Below, piece after piece: positions 50,901 to 62,900 of a stretch of 64,000 nucleotides of DNA. The notes under the pieces were generated by a model. The model saw only the letters and a program-made list of their open reading frames with translations. It ran no database searches and was not told the origin of the DNA. Origin of the DNA: Macrostomum lignano (taxonomy: Eukaryota); assembly GCA_002269645.1 (NCBI GenBank), contig NIVC01000592.1, positions 457,213-521,212 on the forward strand, written 5' to 3'. The position numbers and the translations under genes were made by a program. The stretch's first letter is position 1; each line of letters begins with the position of its first letter.

Positions 50901-53900
50901 CTGCTGTCGCACTCGTGGCTCTCGGAGCAGGCTGCGGCGCCTGACACGTGGTCGCAGGTGAGGGGACAGCTGACTGCGGCGCACAACTGCAGTTGCATCG
51001 GCTCAACGCAGGTCGATGGAGACGTGCATGGAGTGGAGCCGCAGCTGGATGACTGGGTCTCCTTTCCAGAGCCGTCCGTGCAGTTTCCGCTGGCCAAGCG
51101 GGTCCTGCTGCGCAGGCCGCCATCGCAGGTTTTGCTACAAGGAGTCCATTCTCCCCACTGCTCCTTGATGCAGGGGCAGTCTGCGGTCTGGCAGGCCTCG
51201 AGCTGGCTAAAGTCGCTTGGCTGGCACTCAGCGCCGCCAGGCCCGGCTGGCGCCAAGATGTCTCGGCTTCGCTTGCGGGTTCCGGGGCCGCAGCTGGCGG
51301 AGCAGGCGCTCCACTCTGACCAGCTGGTGAGGCGGCAGTCAAGAGTGCAGTTGCTGCGCTGGCATCGAAGCGATCCGTCAGGTTTGCAGTCGCAGGTGCC
51401 ACAGTCGAAGTGCACCTTCACGCCGGACTCCACGGCTGCGTATTCGTGAATCTCCTCCTCGCTGCTGCTGAAGCCCTCGACTCCATCAAGTTCAACGTAA
51501 AATGTTCCGAGAGATGCTGCCGTTGCATTCAGCGCCTCGCAGACGCTGCTCAAAGTTATTTGACAGTATTCTGGAATGAAAATTGAGGGCAGAAGAGTCA
51601 GATAGATTATAGATATCTACACTTGCCATCACAGACCAATTCAGAATTCGCCTTCGACAAAATTTCGAAAGTCGAAATCAAAATCAATAGATATTGCCGA
51701 CAAAAAAAAATCGACTTCGCAAAAAAAACTCAAAACGTACCGGAAACAATCGGAGGCGTTGTCGGAACCGGCACTGGACCGGAAGTAGTCACTGTCACAG
51801 GTTGTGTGGTTCCGGCTGTTGTGGTTCCAGCTGGCGTGGTTCCAGCTGGTGTGGTTCCGGCTGGTGTGGTTCCGGCTGTTGTGGTTCCAGTTGGTGTGGT
51901 TCCAGCTGGCGTGGTTCCGGCTGGCGTGGTTCCGGCTGGCGTGGTTCCAGCTGGTGTGGTTCCGGCCGTTGTGGTTCCAGCTGGTGTGGTTCCGGCCGTT
52001 GTGGTTCCGGCTGTTGTTTTTCCGGCTGGTGTGGTTCCGGCCGTTGTGGTTCCGGCTGGTGTGGTTCCGGCTGGCGTGGTTCCGGCTGGCGTGGTTCCGG
52101 CTGTTGTGGTTCCGGCTGGTGTGGTTCCGGCCGTTGTGGTTCCAGCTGGTGTGGTTCCAGCTGGTGTTGTTCCGGCTGGTGTGGTTCCAGCTGGTGTGGT
52201 TCCGGCTGGTGTGGTTCCGGCCGGTGTGGTTCCGGCTGTTGTGGTTCCGGCTGGCGTGGTTCCGGCTGTTGTGGTTCCGGCTGGTGTGGTTCCGGCCGTT
52301 GTGGTTCCAGCTGGTGTGGTTCCAGCTGGTGTTGTTCCGGCTGGTGTGGTTCCAGCTGGTGTGGTTCCGGCTGGTGTGGTTCCGGCTGGCGTGGTTCCGA
52401 CTGTTGTGGTTCCGGCTGATGTGGTTCCAGTTGGCGTGGTTCCGGCTGGCGTGGTTCCGGCTGGCGTGGTTCCGGCTGGCGTGGTTCCGGCTGGCGTGGT
52501 TCCAGCTGGTGTGGTTCCAGCCGTTGTGGTTCCGGCTGGCGTGGTTCCAGCTGGTGTGGTTCCGGCCGTTGTGGTTCCGGCTGGCGTGGTTCCAGCTGGT
52601 GTGGTTCCGGCCGTTGTGGTTCCAGCTGGTGTGGTTCCGGCTGTTGTGGTTCCGGCTGGTGTGGTTCCGGCTGGTGTGGTTCCGGCTGTTGTGGTTCCCG
52701 CTGGCGTGGTTCCGGCTGTTGTGGTTCCGGCTGTTGTGGTTCCGGCTGGTGTGGTTCCGGCTGTTGTGGTTCCGGCTGTTGTGGTTCCGGCTGGCGTGGT
52801 TCCGGTTGGTGTGGTTCCAGCTGGTGTGGTTCCGGCTGGTGTGGTTCCGGCTGGCGTGGTTCCGGCTGGTGTGGTTCCGGCTGGTGTGGTTCCGACCGTT
52901 GTGGTTCCCGCTGGTGTGGTTCCGGCTGGTGTGGTTCCGACCGTTGTGGTTCCAGCTGGTGTTGTTCCAGCTGGTGTGGTTCCGGCTGGCGTGGTTCCGG
53001 CTGGCGTGGTTCCGGCTGGCGTGGTTCCAGCTGGTGTGGTTCCAGCCGTTGTGGTTCCGGCTGGCGTGGTTCCAGCTGGTGTGGTTCCGGCCGTATTGGT
53101 TCCGGCTGGCGTGGTTTCAGCTGGTGTGGTTCCAGCCGCTGTGGTTCCAGCTGGTGTGGTTCCGGCTCTTGTGGTTCCGGCTGGTGTGGTTCCGGCTGGA
53201 GTGGTTCCGGCTGGTGTGGTTCCAGCTGGTGTGGTTCTGGCTGGTGTGGTTCCGGCTGGCGTGGTTACAGCTGGTGTGGTTCCGGCTGTTGTGGTTCCGG
53301 CTGTTGTGGTTCCCGCTGGTGTGGTTCCGGCTGGTGTGGTTCCGACCGTTGTGGTTGCGGCTGGTGTGGTTCCGGCTGGTGTGGTTCCGGCCGGTGTGGT
53401 TCCGGCTGTTGTGGTTCCGGCTGGCGTGGTTCCGGTTGGTGTGGTTCCAGCTGGTGTGGTTCCGGCTGGTGTGGTTCCGGCTGGCGTGGTTCCAGCTGGT
53501 GTGGTTTCGGCTGGTGTGGTTCCGGCTGTTGTGGTTCCCGCTGGTGTGGTTCCGACTGGTGTGGTTCCGACCGTTGTGGTTCCAGCTGGTGTGGTTCCGG
53601 CTGGTGTGGTTCCAGCTGGTGTGGTTCCGGCTGGTGTGGTTCCGGCTGGTGTGGTTCCCGCTGGTGTGGTTCCGACCGTTGTGGTTCCGACTGGTGTGGT
53701 TCCAGCTGGTGTGGTTCCGGCTGGCGTGGTTCCGGCTGGCGTGGTTCCGGCCGTTGTGGTTCCAGCTGGTGTGGTTATAGCCGTTGTGGTTCCGGCTGTT
53801 GTGGTTCCAGCTGGTGTGGTTCCAGCCGTTGTGGTTCCGGCTGTTGTGGTTCCAGCTGGTGTGGTTCCGGCCGTTGTGGTTCCAGCTGGTGTGGTTCCGG

Positions 53901-56900
53901 CTGTTGTGGTTCCGGCTGGTGTGGTTCCGGCTGGCGTTGTTCCGGCTGGTGTGGTTCCGGCTGGTGTGGTTCCAGCTGGTGTGGTTCCGGCTGGTGTGGT
54001 TCCGGCTGGCGTTGTTCCAGTTGGCGTGGTTCCGGCTGGCGTGGTTCCAGTTGGCGTGGTTCTGGCTGGTGTGGTTCCAGCTGGTGTGGTTCCGGCTGGT
54101 GTGGTTCCAGCTGTTGTGGTTCCCGCTGGTGTGGTTCCGGCTGGTGTGGTTCCGACCGTTGTGGTTGCAGCTGGTGTGGTTCCGGCCGTTGTGGTTCCAG
54201 CTGGTGTAGTTCCAGCCGTTGTGGTTCCAGCTGGTGTGGTTCCGGCTGTTGTGGTTCCGGCTGTTGTCGTTGCGGCTGGTGTGGTTCCGGCTGGCGTGGT
54301 TCCGGCCGTTGTGGTTCCGGCTGGCGTGGTTTCAGCTGGTGTGGTTCCAGCCGTTGTGGTTCCAGCTGGTGTGGTTCCGGCTGTTGTGGTTCCGGCTGGT
54401 GTGGTTCCGGCTGGAGTGGTTCCGGCTGGTGTGGTTCCAGCTGGTGTGGTTTCGGCTGGTGTGGTTCCGGCTGTTGTGGTTCCCGCTGGTGTGGTTCCGG
54501 CTGGTGTGGTTCCGACCGTTGTGGTTCCAGCTGGTGTTGTTCCGGCTGGTGTGGTTCCAGCTGGTGTGGTTCCGGCTGGTGTGGTTCCGGCTGGTGTGGT
54601 TCCGGCTGGTGTGGTTCCGACCGTTGTGGTTCCGACTGGTGTGGTTCCAGCTGGTGTGGTTCCGGCTGGCGTGGTTCCGGCTGGCGTGGTTCCGGCCGTT
54701 GTGGTTCCAGCTGGTGTGGTTCCAGCCGTTGTGGTTCCGGCCGTTGTGGTTCCAGCTGGTGTGGTTCCGGCCGTTGTGGTTCCGGCTGGCGTGGTTTCAG
54801 CTGGTGTGGTTCCGGCCGTTGTGGTTCCAGCTGGTGTGGTTCCGGCTGTTGTGGTTCCGGCTGGTGTGGTTCCGACTGGAGTGGTTCCGGCTGGTGTGGT
54901 TCCGGCTGGTGTGGTTCCAGCTGGTGTGGTTCCGGCTGGTGTGGTTCCGGCTGGCGTGGTTCCAGTTGGCGTGGTTCCGGCTGGTGTGGTTCCGGCTGGT
55001 GTGGATCCGGCTGTTGTGGTTCCGGCTGTTGTGGTTGCGGCTGGTGTGGTTCCGGCTGGCGTGGTTACAGCTGGTGTGGTTCCGGCTTTTGTGGTTCCGG
55101 CTGTTGTGGTTCCCACTGGTGTGGTTCCGGCTGGTGTGGTTCCAGCTGGCGTGGTTACAGCTGGTGTGGTTCCGGCTGTTGTGGTTCCGGCTGTTGTGGT
55201 TCCCGCTGGTGTGGTTCCGGCTGGTGTGGTTCCGACCGTTGTGGTTGCGGCTGGTGTGGTTCCGGCTGGTGTGGTTCCGGCTGTTGTGGTTCCCGCTGGT
55301 GTGGTTCCGGCTGGCGTGGTTCCGGCCGTTGTGGTTCCAGCTGGTGTGGTTATAGCCGTTGTGGTTCCGGCTGTTGTGGTTCCAGCTGGTGTGGTTCCAG
55401 CCGTTGTGGTTCCGGCTGTTGTGGTTCCAGCTGGTGTGGTTCCGGCCGTTGTGGTTCCAGCTGGTGTGGTTCCGGCTGTTGTGGTTCCGGCTGGTGTGGT
55501 TCCGGCTGGCGTTGTTCCGGCTGGTGTGGTTCCGGCTGGTGTGGTTCCAGCTGGTGTGGTTCCGGCTGGTGTGGTTCCGGCTGGCGTTGTTCCAGTTGGC
55601 GTGGTTCCGGCTGGCGTGGTTCCAGTTGGCGTGGTTCTGGCTGGTGTGGTTCCAGCTGGTGTGGTTCCGGCTGGTGTGGTTCCAGCTGTTGTGGTTCCCG
55701 CTGGTGTGGTTCCGGCTGGTGTGGTTCCGACCGTTGTGGTTGCAGCTGGTGTGGTTCCGGCCGTTGTGGTTCCAGCTGGTGTAGTTCCAGCCGTTGTGGT
55801 TCCAGCTGGTGTGGTTCCGGCTGTTGTGGTTCCGGCTGTTGTCGTTGCGGCTGGTGTGGTTCCGGCTGGCGTGGTTCCGGCCGTTGTGGTTCCGGCTGGC
55901 GTGGTTTCAGCTGGTGTGGTTCCAGCCGTTGTGGTTCCAGCTGGTGTGGTTCCGGCTGTTGTGGTTCCGGCTGGTGTGGTTCCGGCTGGAGTGGTTCCGG
56001 CTGGTGTGGTTCCAGCTGGTGTGGTTTCGGCTGGTGTGGTTCCGGCTGTTGTGGTTCCCGCTGGTGTGGTTCCGGCTGGTGTGGTTCCGACCGTTGTGGT
56101 TCCAGCTGGTGTTGTTCCGGCTGGTGTGGTTCCAGCTGGTGTGGTTCCGGCTGGTGTGGTTCCGGCTGGTGTGGTTCCGGCTGGTGTGGTTCCGACCGTT
56201 GTGGTTCCGACTGGTGTGGTTCCAGCTGGTGTGGTTCCGGCTGGCGTGGTTCCGGCTGGCGTGGTTCCGGCCGTTGTGGTTCCAGCTGGTGTGGTTCCAG
56301 CCGTTGTGGTTCCGGCCGTTGTGGTTCCAGCTGGTGTGGTTCCGGCCGTTGTGGTTCCGGCTGGCGTGGTTTCAGCTGGTGTGGTTCCGGCCGTTGTGGT
56401 TCCAGCTGGTGTGGTTCCGGCTGTTGTGGTTCCGGCTGGTGTGGTTCCGACTGGAGTGGTTCCGGCTGGTGTGGTTCCGGCTGGTGTGGTTCCGGCCGGT
56501 GTGGTTCCGGCTGTTGTGGTTCCGGCTGGCGTGGTTCCGGTTGGTGTGGTTCCAGCTGGTGTGGTTCCGGCTGGTGTGGTTCCGGCTGGCGTGGTTCCAG
56601 CTGGTGTGGTTTCGGCTGGTGTGGTTCCGGCTGTTGTGGTTCCCGCTGGTGTGGTTCCGACTGGTGTGGTTCCGACCGTTGTGGTTCCAGCTGGTGTGGT
56701 TCCGGCTGGTGTGGTTCCAGCTGGTGTGGTTCCGGCTGGTGTGGTTCCGGCTGGTGTGGTTCCCGCTGGTGTGGTTCCGACCGTTGTGGTTCCGACTGGT
56801 GTGGTTCCAGCTGGTGTGGTTCCGGCTGGCGTGGTTCCGGCTGGCGTGGTTCCGGCCGTTGTGGTTCCAGCTGGTGTGGTTATAGCCGTTGTGGTTCCGG

Positions 56901-59900
56901 CTGTTGTGGTTCCAGCTGGTGTGGTTCCAGCCGTTGTGGTTCCGGCTGTTGTGGTTCCAGCTGGTGTGGTTCCGGCCGTTGTGGTTCCAGCTGGTGTGGT
57001 TCCGGCTGTTGTGGTTCCGGCTGGTGTGGTTCCGGCTGGCGTTGTTCCGGCTGGTGTGGTTCCGGCTGGTGTGGTTCCAGCTGGTGTGGTTCCGGCTGGT
57101 GTGGTTCCGGCTGGCGTTGTTCCAGTTGGCGTGGTTCCGGCTGGCGTGGTTCCAGTTGGCGTGGTTCTGGCTGGTGTGGTTCCAGCTGGTGTGGTTCCGG
57201 CTGGTGTGGTTCCAGCTGTTGTGGTTCCCGCTGGTGTGGTTCCGGCTGGTGTGGTTCCGACCGTTGTGGTTGCAGCTGGTGTGGTTCCGGCCGTTGTGGT
57301 TCCAGCTGGTGTAGTTCCAGCCGTTGTGGTTCCAGCTGGTGTGGTTCCGGCTGTTGTGGTTCCGGCTGTTGTCGTTGCGGCTGGTGTGGTTCCGGCTGGC
57401 GTGGTTCCGGCCGTTGTGGTTCCGGCTGGCGTGGTTTCAGCTGGTGTGGTTCCAGCCGTTGTGGTTCCAGCTGGTGTGGTTCCGGCTGTTGTGGTTCCGG
57501 CTGGTGTGGTTCCGGCTGGAGTGGTTCCGGCTGGTGTGGTTCCAGCTGGTGTGGTTTCGGCTGGTGTGGTTCCGGCTGTTGTGGTTCCCGCTGGTGTGGT
57601 TCCGGCTGGTGTGGTTCCGACCGTTGTGGTTCCAGCTGGTGTTGTTCCGGCTGGTGTGGTTCCAGCTGGTGTGGTTCCGGCTGGTGTGGTTCCGGCTGGT
57701 GTGGTTCCGGCTGGTGTGGTTCCGACCGTTGTGGTTCCGACTGGTGTGGTTCCAGCTGGTGTGGTTCCGGCTGGCGTGGTTCCGGCTGGCGTGGTTCCGG
57801 CCGTTGTGGTTCCAGCTGGTGTGGTTCCAGCCGTTGTGGTTCCGGCCGTTGTGGTTCCAGCTGGTGTGGTTCCGGCCGTTGTGGTTCCGGCTGGCGTGGT
57901 TTCAGCTGGTGTGGTTCCGGCCGTTGTGGTTCCAGCTGGTGTGGTTCCGGCTGTTGTGGTTCCGGCTGGTGTGGTTCCGACTGGAGTGGTTCCGGCTGGT
58001 GTGGTTCCGGCTGGTGTGGTTCCAGCTGGTGTGGTTCCGGCTGGTGTGGTTCCGGCTGGCGTGGTTCCAGTTGGCGTGGTTCCGGCTGGTGTGGTTCCGG
58101 CTGGTGTGGATCCGGCTGTTGTGGTTCCGGCTGTTGTGGTTGCGGCTGGTGTGGTTCCGGCTGGCGTGGTTACAGCTGGTGTGGTTCCGGCTTTTGTGGT
58201 TCCGGCTGTTGTGGTTCCCACTGGTGTGGTTCGCGGCTGGTGTGGTTCCAGCTGGCGTGGTTACAGCTGGTGTGGTTCCGGCTGTTGTGGTTCCGGCTGT
58301 TGTGGTTCCCGCTGGTGTGGTTCCGGCTGGTGTGGTTCCGGCCGTTGTGGTTGCGGCTGGTGTGGTTCCGGCTGGTGTGGTTCCGGCTGTTGTGGTTCCC
58401 GCTGGTGTGGTTCCGGCTGGCGTGGTTCCGGCCGTTGTGGTTCCAGCTGGTGTGGTTATAGCCGTTGTGGTTCCGGCTGTTGTGGTTCCAGCTGGTGTGG
58501 TTCCAGCCGTTGTGGTTCCGGCTGTTGTGGTTCCAGCTGGTGTGGTTCCGGCCGTTGTGGTTCCAGCTGGTGTGGTTCCGGCTGTTGTGGTTCCGGCTGG
58601 TGTGGTTCCGGCTGGCGTTGTTCCGGCTGGTGTGGTTCCGGCTGGTGTGGTTCCAGCTGGTGTGGTTCCGGCTGGTGTGGTTCCGGCTGGCGTTGTTCCA
58701 GTTGGCGTGGTTCCGGCTGGCGTGGTTCCAGTTGGCGTGGTTCTGGCTGGTGTGGTTCCAGCTGGTGTGGTTCCGGCTGGTGTGGTTCCAGCTGTTGTGG
58801 TTCCCGCTGGTGTGGTTCCGGCTGGTGTGGTTCCGACCGTTGTGGTTGCAGCTGGTGTGGTTCCGGCCGTTGTGGTTCCAGCTGGTGTAGTTCCAGCCGT
58901 TGTGGTTCCAGCTGGTGTGGTTCCGGCTGTTGTGGTTCCGGCTGTTGTCGTTGCGGCTGGTGTGGTTCCGGCTGGCGTGGTTCCGGCCGTTGTGGTTCCG
59001 GCTGGCGTGGTTTCAGCTGGTGTGGTTCCAGCCGTTGTGGTTCCAGCTGGTGTGGTTCCGGCTGTTGTGGTTCCGGCTGGTGTGGTTCCGGCTGGAGTGG
59101 TTCCGGCTGGTGTGGTTCCAGCTGGTGTGGTTTCGGCTGGTGTGGTTCCGGCTGTTGTGGTTCCCGCTGGTGTGGTTCCGGCTGGTGTGGTTCCGACCGT
59201 TGTGGTTCCAGCTGGTGTTGTTCCGGCTGGTGTGGTTCCAGCTGGTGTGGTTCCGGCTGGTGTGGTTCCGGCTGGTGTGGTTCCGGCTGGTGTGGTTCCG
59301 ACCGTTGTGGTTCCGACTGGTGTGGTTCCAGCTGGTGTGGTTCCGGCTGGCGTGGTTCCGGCTGGCGTGGTTCCGGCCGTTGTGGTTCCAGCTGGTGTGG
59401 TTCCAGCCGTTGTGGTTCCGGCCGTTGTGGTTCCAGCTGGTGTGGTTCCGGCCGTTGTGGTTCCGGCTGGCGTGGTTTCAGCTGGTGTGGTTCCGGCCGT
59501 TGTGGTTCCAGCTGGTGTGGTTCCGGCTGTTGTGGTTCCGGCTGGTGTGGTTCCGACTGGAGTGGTTCCGGCTGGTGTGGTTCCGGCTGGTGTGGTTCCA
59601 GCTGGTGTGGTTCCGGCTGGTGTGGTTCCGGCTGGCGTGGTTCCAGTTGGCGTGGTTCCGGCTGGTGTGGTTCCGGCTGGTGTGGATCCGGCTGTTGTGG
59701 TTCCGGCTGTTGTGGTTGCGGCTGGTGTGGTTCCGGCTGGCGTGGTTACAGCTGGTGTGGTTCCGGCTTTTGTGGTTCCGGCTGTTGTGGTTCCCACTGG
59801 TGTGGTTCCGGCTGGTGTGGTTCCAGCTGGCGTGGTTACAGCTGGTGTGGTTCCGGCTGTTGTGGTTCCGGCTGTTGTGGTTCCCGCTGGTGTGGTTCCG

Positions 59901-62900
59901 GCTGGTGTGGTTCCGACCGTTGTGGTTGCGGCTGGTGTGGTTCCGGCTGGTGTGGTTCCGGCTGTTGTGGTTCCGGCTGGTGTGGTTTCGGCTGGCGTGG
60001 TTCCGACCGTTGTGGTTGCGGCTGGTGTGGTTCCAGCTGGCGTGGTTCCAGTTGGCGTGGTTCTGGCTGGTGTGGTTCCGGCTGGTGTGGTTTCGGCTGG
60101 CGTGGTTCCAGTTGGCGTGGTTCCGGCTGGTGTGGTTCCGGCTGGTGTGGATCCGGCTGTTGTGGTTGCGGCTGGTGTGGTTCCGGCTGGCGTGGTTACA
60201 GCTGGTGTGGTTCCGGCTGGTGTGGTTCCGGCTGGTGTGGTTTCAGCTGGTGTGGTTCCGGCTGGTATGGTTCCAGCTGGTGTTGTTCCGGCTGTTGTGG
60301 TTCCGGCTGTTGTGGTTCGGCTGGTGTGGTTCCAGCTGGTGTTGTTCCGGCTGGTGTGGTTCCGGCTGGTGTGGTTTCGGCTGGCGTGGTTCCGGCTGGC
60401 GTGGTTCGCGGCTGGTGGGTTCCGACCGTTGTGGTTCCGCTGTGTGGTTCCGGCTGGTGTGGTTCCGGCTGGCGTGGTTCCGGCTGGCGTGGTTCCAGCC
60501 GTTGTGGTTCCAGCTGGTGTGGTTCCAGCCGTTGTGGTTCCGGCTGCGTGGTTCCGGCTGGTGGTTCCGGCTGGTGTGGTTCCGGCTGTTGTGGTTCCGG
60601 CTGTTGTGGTTCCGGCTGTTGTGGTTCCGGCTGTTGTGGTTCCGGCTGTTGTGGTTCCGGCTGTTGTGGTTCCGTGGTTCCGACTGTTGTGGTTCCGGCT
60701 GGAGTGGTTCCGGTTGGTGTGGTTCCAGCTGGTGTGGTTCCGGCTGGTGTGGTTCCGGCTGGCGTGGTTCCAGCTGTTGTGGTTCCCGCTGGTGTGGTTC
60801 CGACTGGTGTGTGGTTCCGACCGTTGTGGTTCCAGCTGGTGTGGTTCCGGCTGTTGTGGTTCCAGTTGGTGTGGATCCGGCTGGCGTGGTTCCGGCCGTT
60901 GTGGTTCCAGCTGGTGTGGTTCCAGTTGGTGTTGTTCCGGCTGTGTGGTTCCAGCCTGAGTTGTTCCGGCTGGTTTAGTTTCGGCATGTGATGACGTCGT
61001 TGCATGTGTTTGTGTCGACTGGCTTTCGCTTGTTGTACTGGACTCTTGCCACGAGCACATTTTAATTTCTACAAAAACCTTTTGCACTGGAACTTGCGAA
61101 GCAAAATATGAGGATACACTTCCCATCTTGAATTTCAGTTTGATGGTGCGTGTCGTATGTACGTTATTAGAGTCCAAGAGATACTTTAATAAGTTATCCT
61201 GCAAGTCTTCTCGCTTGATAGGATAACGCCCAGAATCCGTCGTAAGCGTGACATCCAGTGGATAGATGGAAACTGCGGTCTTGAAATAAAGCTTTAATTC
61301 AAGTATTTTAACTTCGTCAACGCCAAGAACTATCTCGATCGCTGTGTTCGAGCCGAATTCCAACACAACTCCGTCCGTTTCCCCTTTTACATCGCGAGCC
61401 GTTCCTGCACTAGAAGGAACAACGCTAATATCCTGATCCAGTATTAGAGAATCCGAATCTGTCATTTTCATTACTTTTGGGCACTGGTCTGGAGAAATAC
61501 TCGACTTCGGTAAAACCTCCTCGCTGATGGTTGACTCTGTGGTCTCGGTTACTTCCTCGCTCGTGTCGTCTCGGGAGTCTCTTCTGGCTGCTCTCGCGCC
61601 AGGAGTAGTAGGCTTAGGACCAGGCTTTCCTCCTTCGTTGTAGTCTGCACAGTGGTCTCGGTTACTTCCTCGCTCGTGTCGTCTCGGGAGTCTCTTCTGG
61701 CTGCTCTCCGCCAGGAGTAGTAGGCTTAGGACCAGGCTTTCCTCCGCTTCGTTGTAGTCTGCACAGTGGTCTCGGTTACTTCCTCGCTCGGTGTCGTCTC
61801 GGGAGTCTCTTCTGGCTGCTCTCCGCCAGGAGTAGTAGGCTTAGGACCAGGCTTTCCTCCCTTCGTTGTAGTCTGCACAGTAGTCTCGGTTACTTCCTCG
61901 CTCGGTGTCGTCTCGGGAGTCTCTTCTGGCTGCTCTCCGCCAGGAGTAGTAGGCTTAGGACCAGGCTTTCCTCCCTTCGTTGTAGTCTGCACAGTGGTCT
62001 CGGTTACTTCCTCGCTCGGTGTCGTCTCGGAGTCCTTCTGGCTGCTCTCCGCCAGGAGTAGTGGGCTTAGGACCAGGCTTTCCTCCCGTCGTTGTAGTCT
62101 GCACAGTGGTCTCGGTTACTTCCTCGCTCGGTGTCGTCTCGGGAGTCTCTTCTGGCTGCTCTCCGCCAGGAGTAGTGGGCTTAGGACCAGGCTTTCCTCC
62201 CTTCGTTGTAGTCTGCACAGTGGTCTCGGTTACTTCCTCGCTCGTGTCGTCTCGGGAGTCTCTTCTGGCTGCTCTCCGCCAGGAGTAGTAGGCTTAGGAC
62301 CAGGCTTTCCTCCCTTCGTTGTAGTCTGCACAGTGGTCTCGGTTACTTCCTCGCTCGGTGTCGTCTCGGGAGTCTCTTCTGGCTGCTCTCCGCCAGGAGT
62401 AGTGGGCTTAGGACCAGGCTTTCCTCCCTTCGTTGTAGTCTGCACAGTGGTCTCGGTTACTTCCTCGCTCGTGTCGTCTCGGGAGTCTCTTCTGGCTGCT
62501 CTCCGCCAGGAGTAGTAGGCTTAGGACCAGGCTTTCCTCCCTTCGTTGTAGTCTGCACAGTGGTCTCGTTACTTCCTCGCTCGGTGTCGTCTCGGGAGTC
62601 TCTTCTGGCTGCTCTCCGCCAGGGAGTAGTGGGCTTAGGACCGGGCTTTCCTCCCTTCGTTGTAGTCTGCACAGTGGTCTCGGTTACTTCCTCGCTCGGT
62701 GTCGTCTCGGGAGTCTCTTCTGGCTGCTCTCCGCCAGGAGTAAGTAGGCTTAGGACCAGGCTTTCCTCCCTTCGTTGTAGTCTGCACAGTGGTCTCGGGT
62801 TACTTCCTCGCTCGGTGTCGTCTCGGGAGTCTCTTCTGGCTGCTCTCCGCCAGGAGTAGTGGGCTTAGGACCGGGCTTTCCTCCCTTCGTTGTAGTCTGC

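Noticed and set aside
58230-60950. Frameshifts in the PTS exon suggesting a pseudogene
   Set aside because: 1-bp indels are confined to long repeats while unique exons are intact, which points to long-read consensus errors.
51623-60991. 3122-aa plus-strand (VVPAG)n ORF resembling elastin, and related WFR/CGSGW ORFs
   Set aside because: Antisense and alternative frames of the GTTPA array; the minus frame is the one joined to unique coding exons by proper splice sites.
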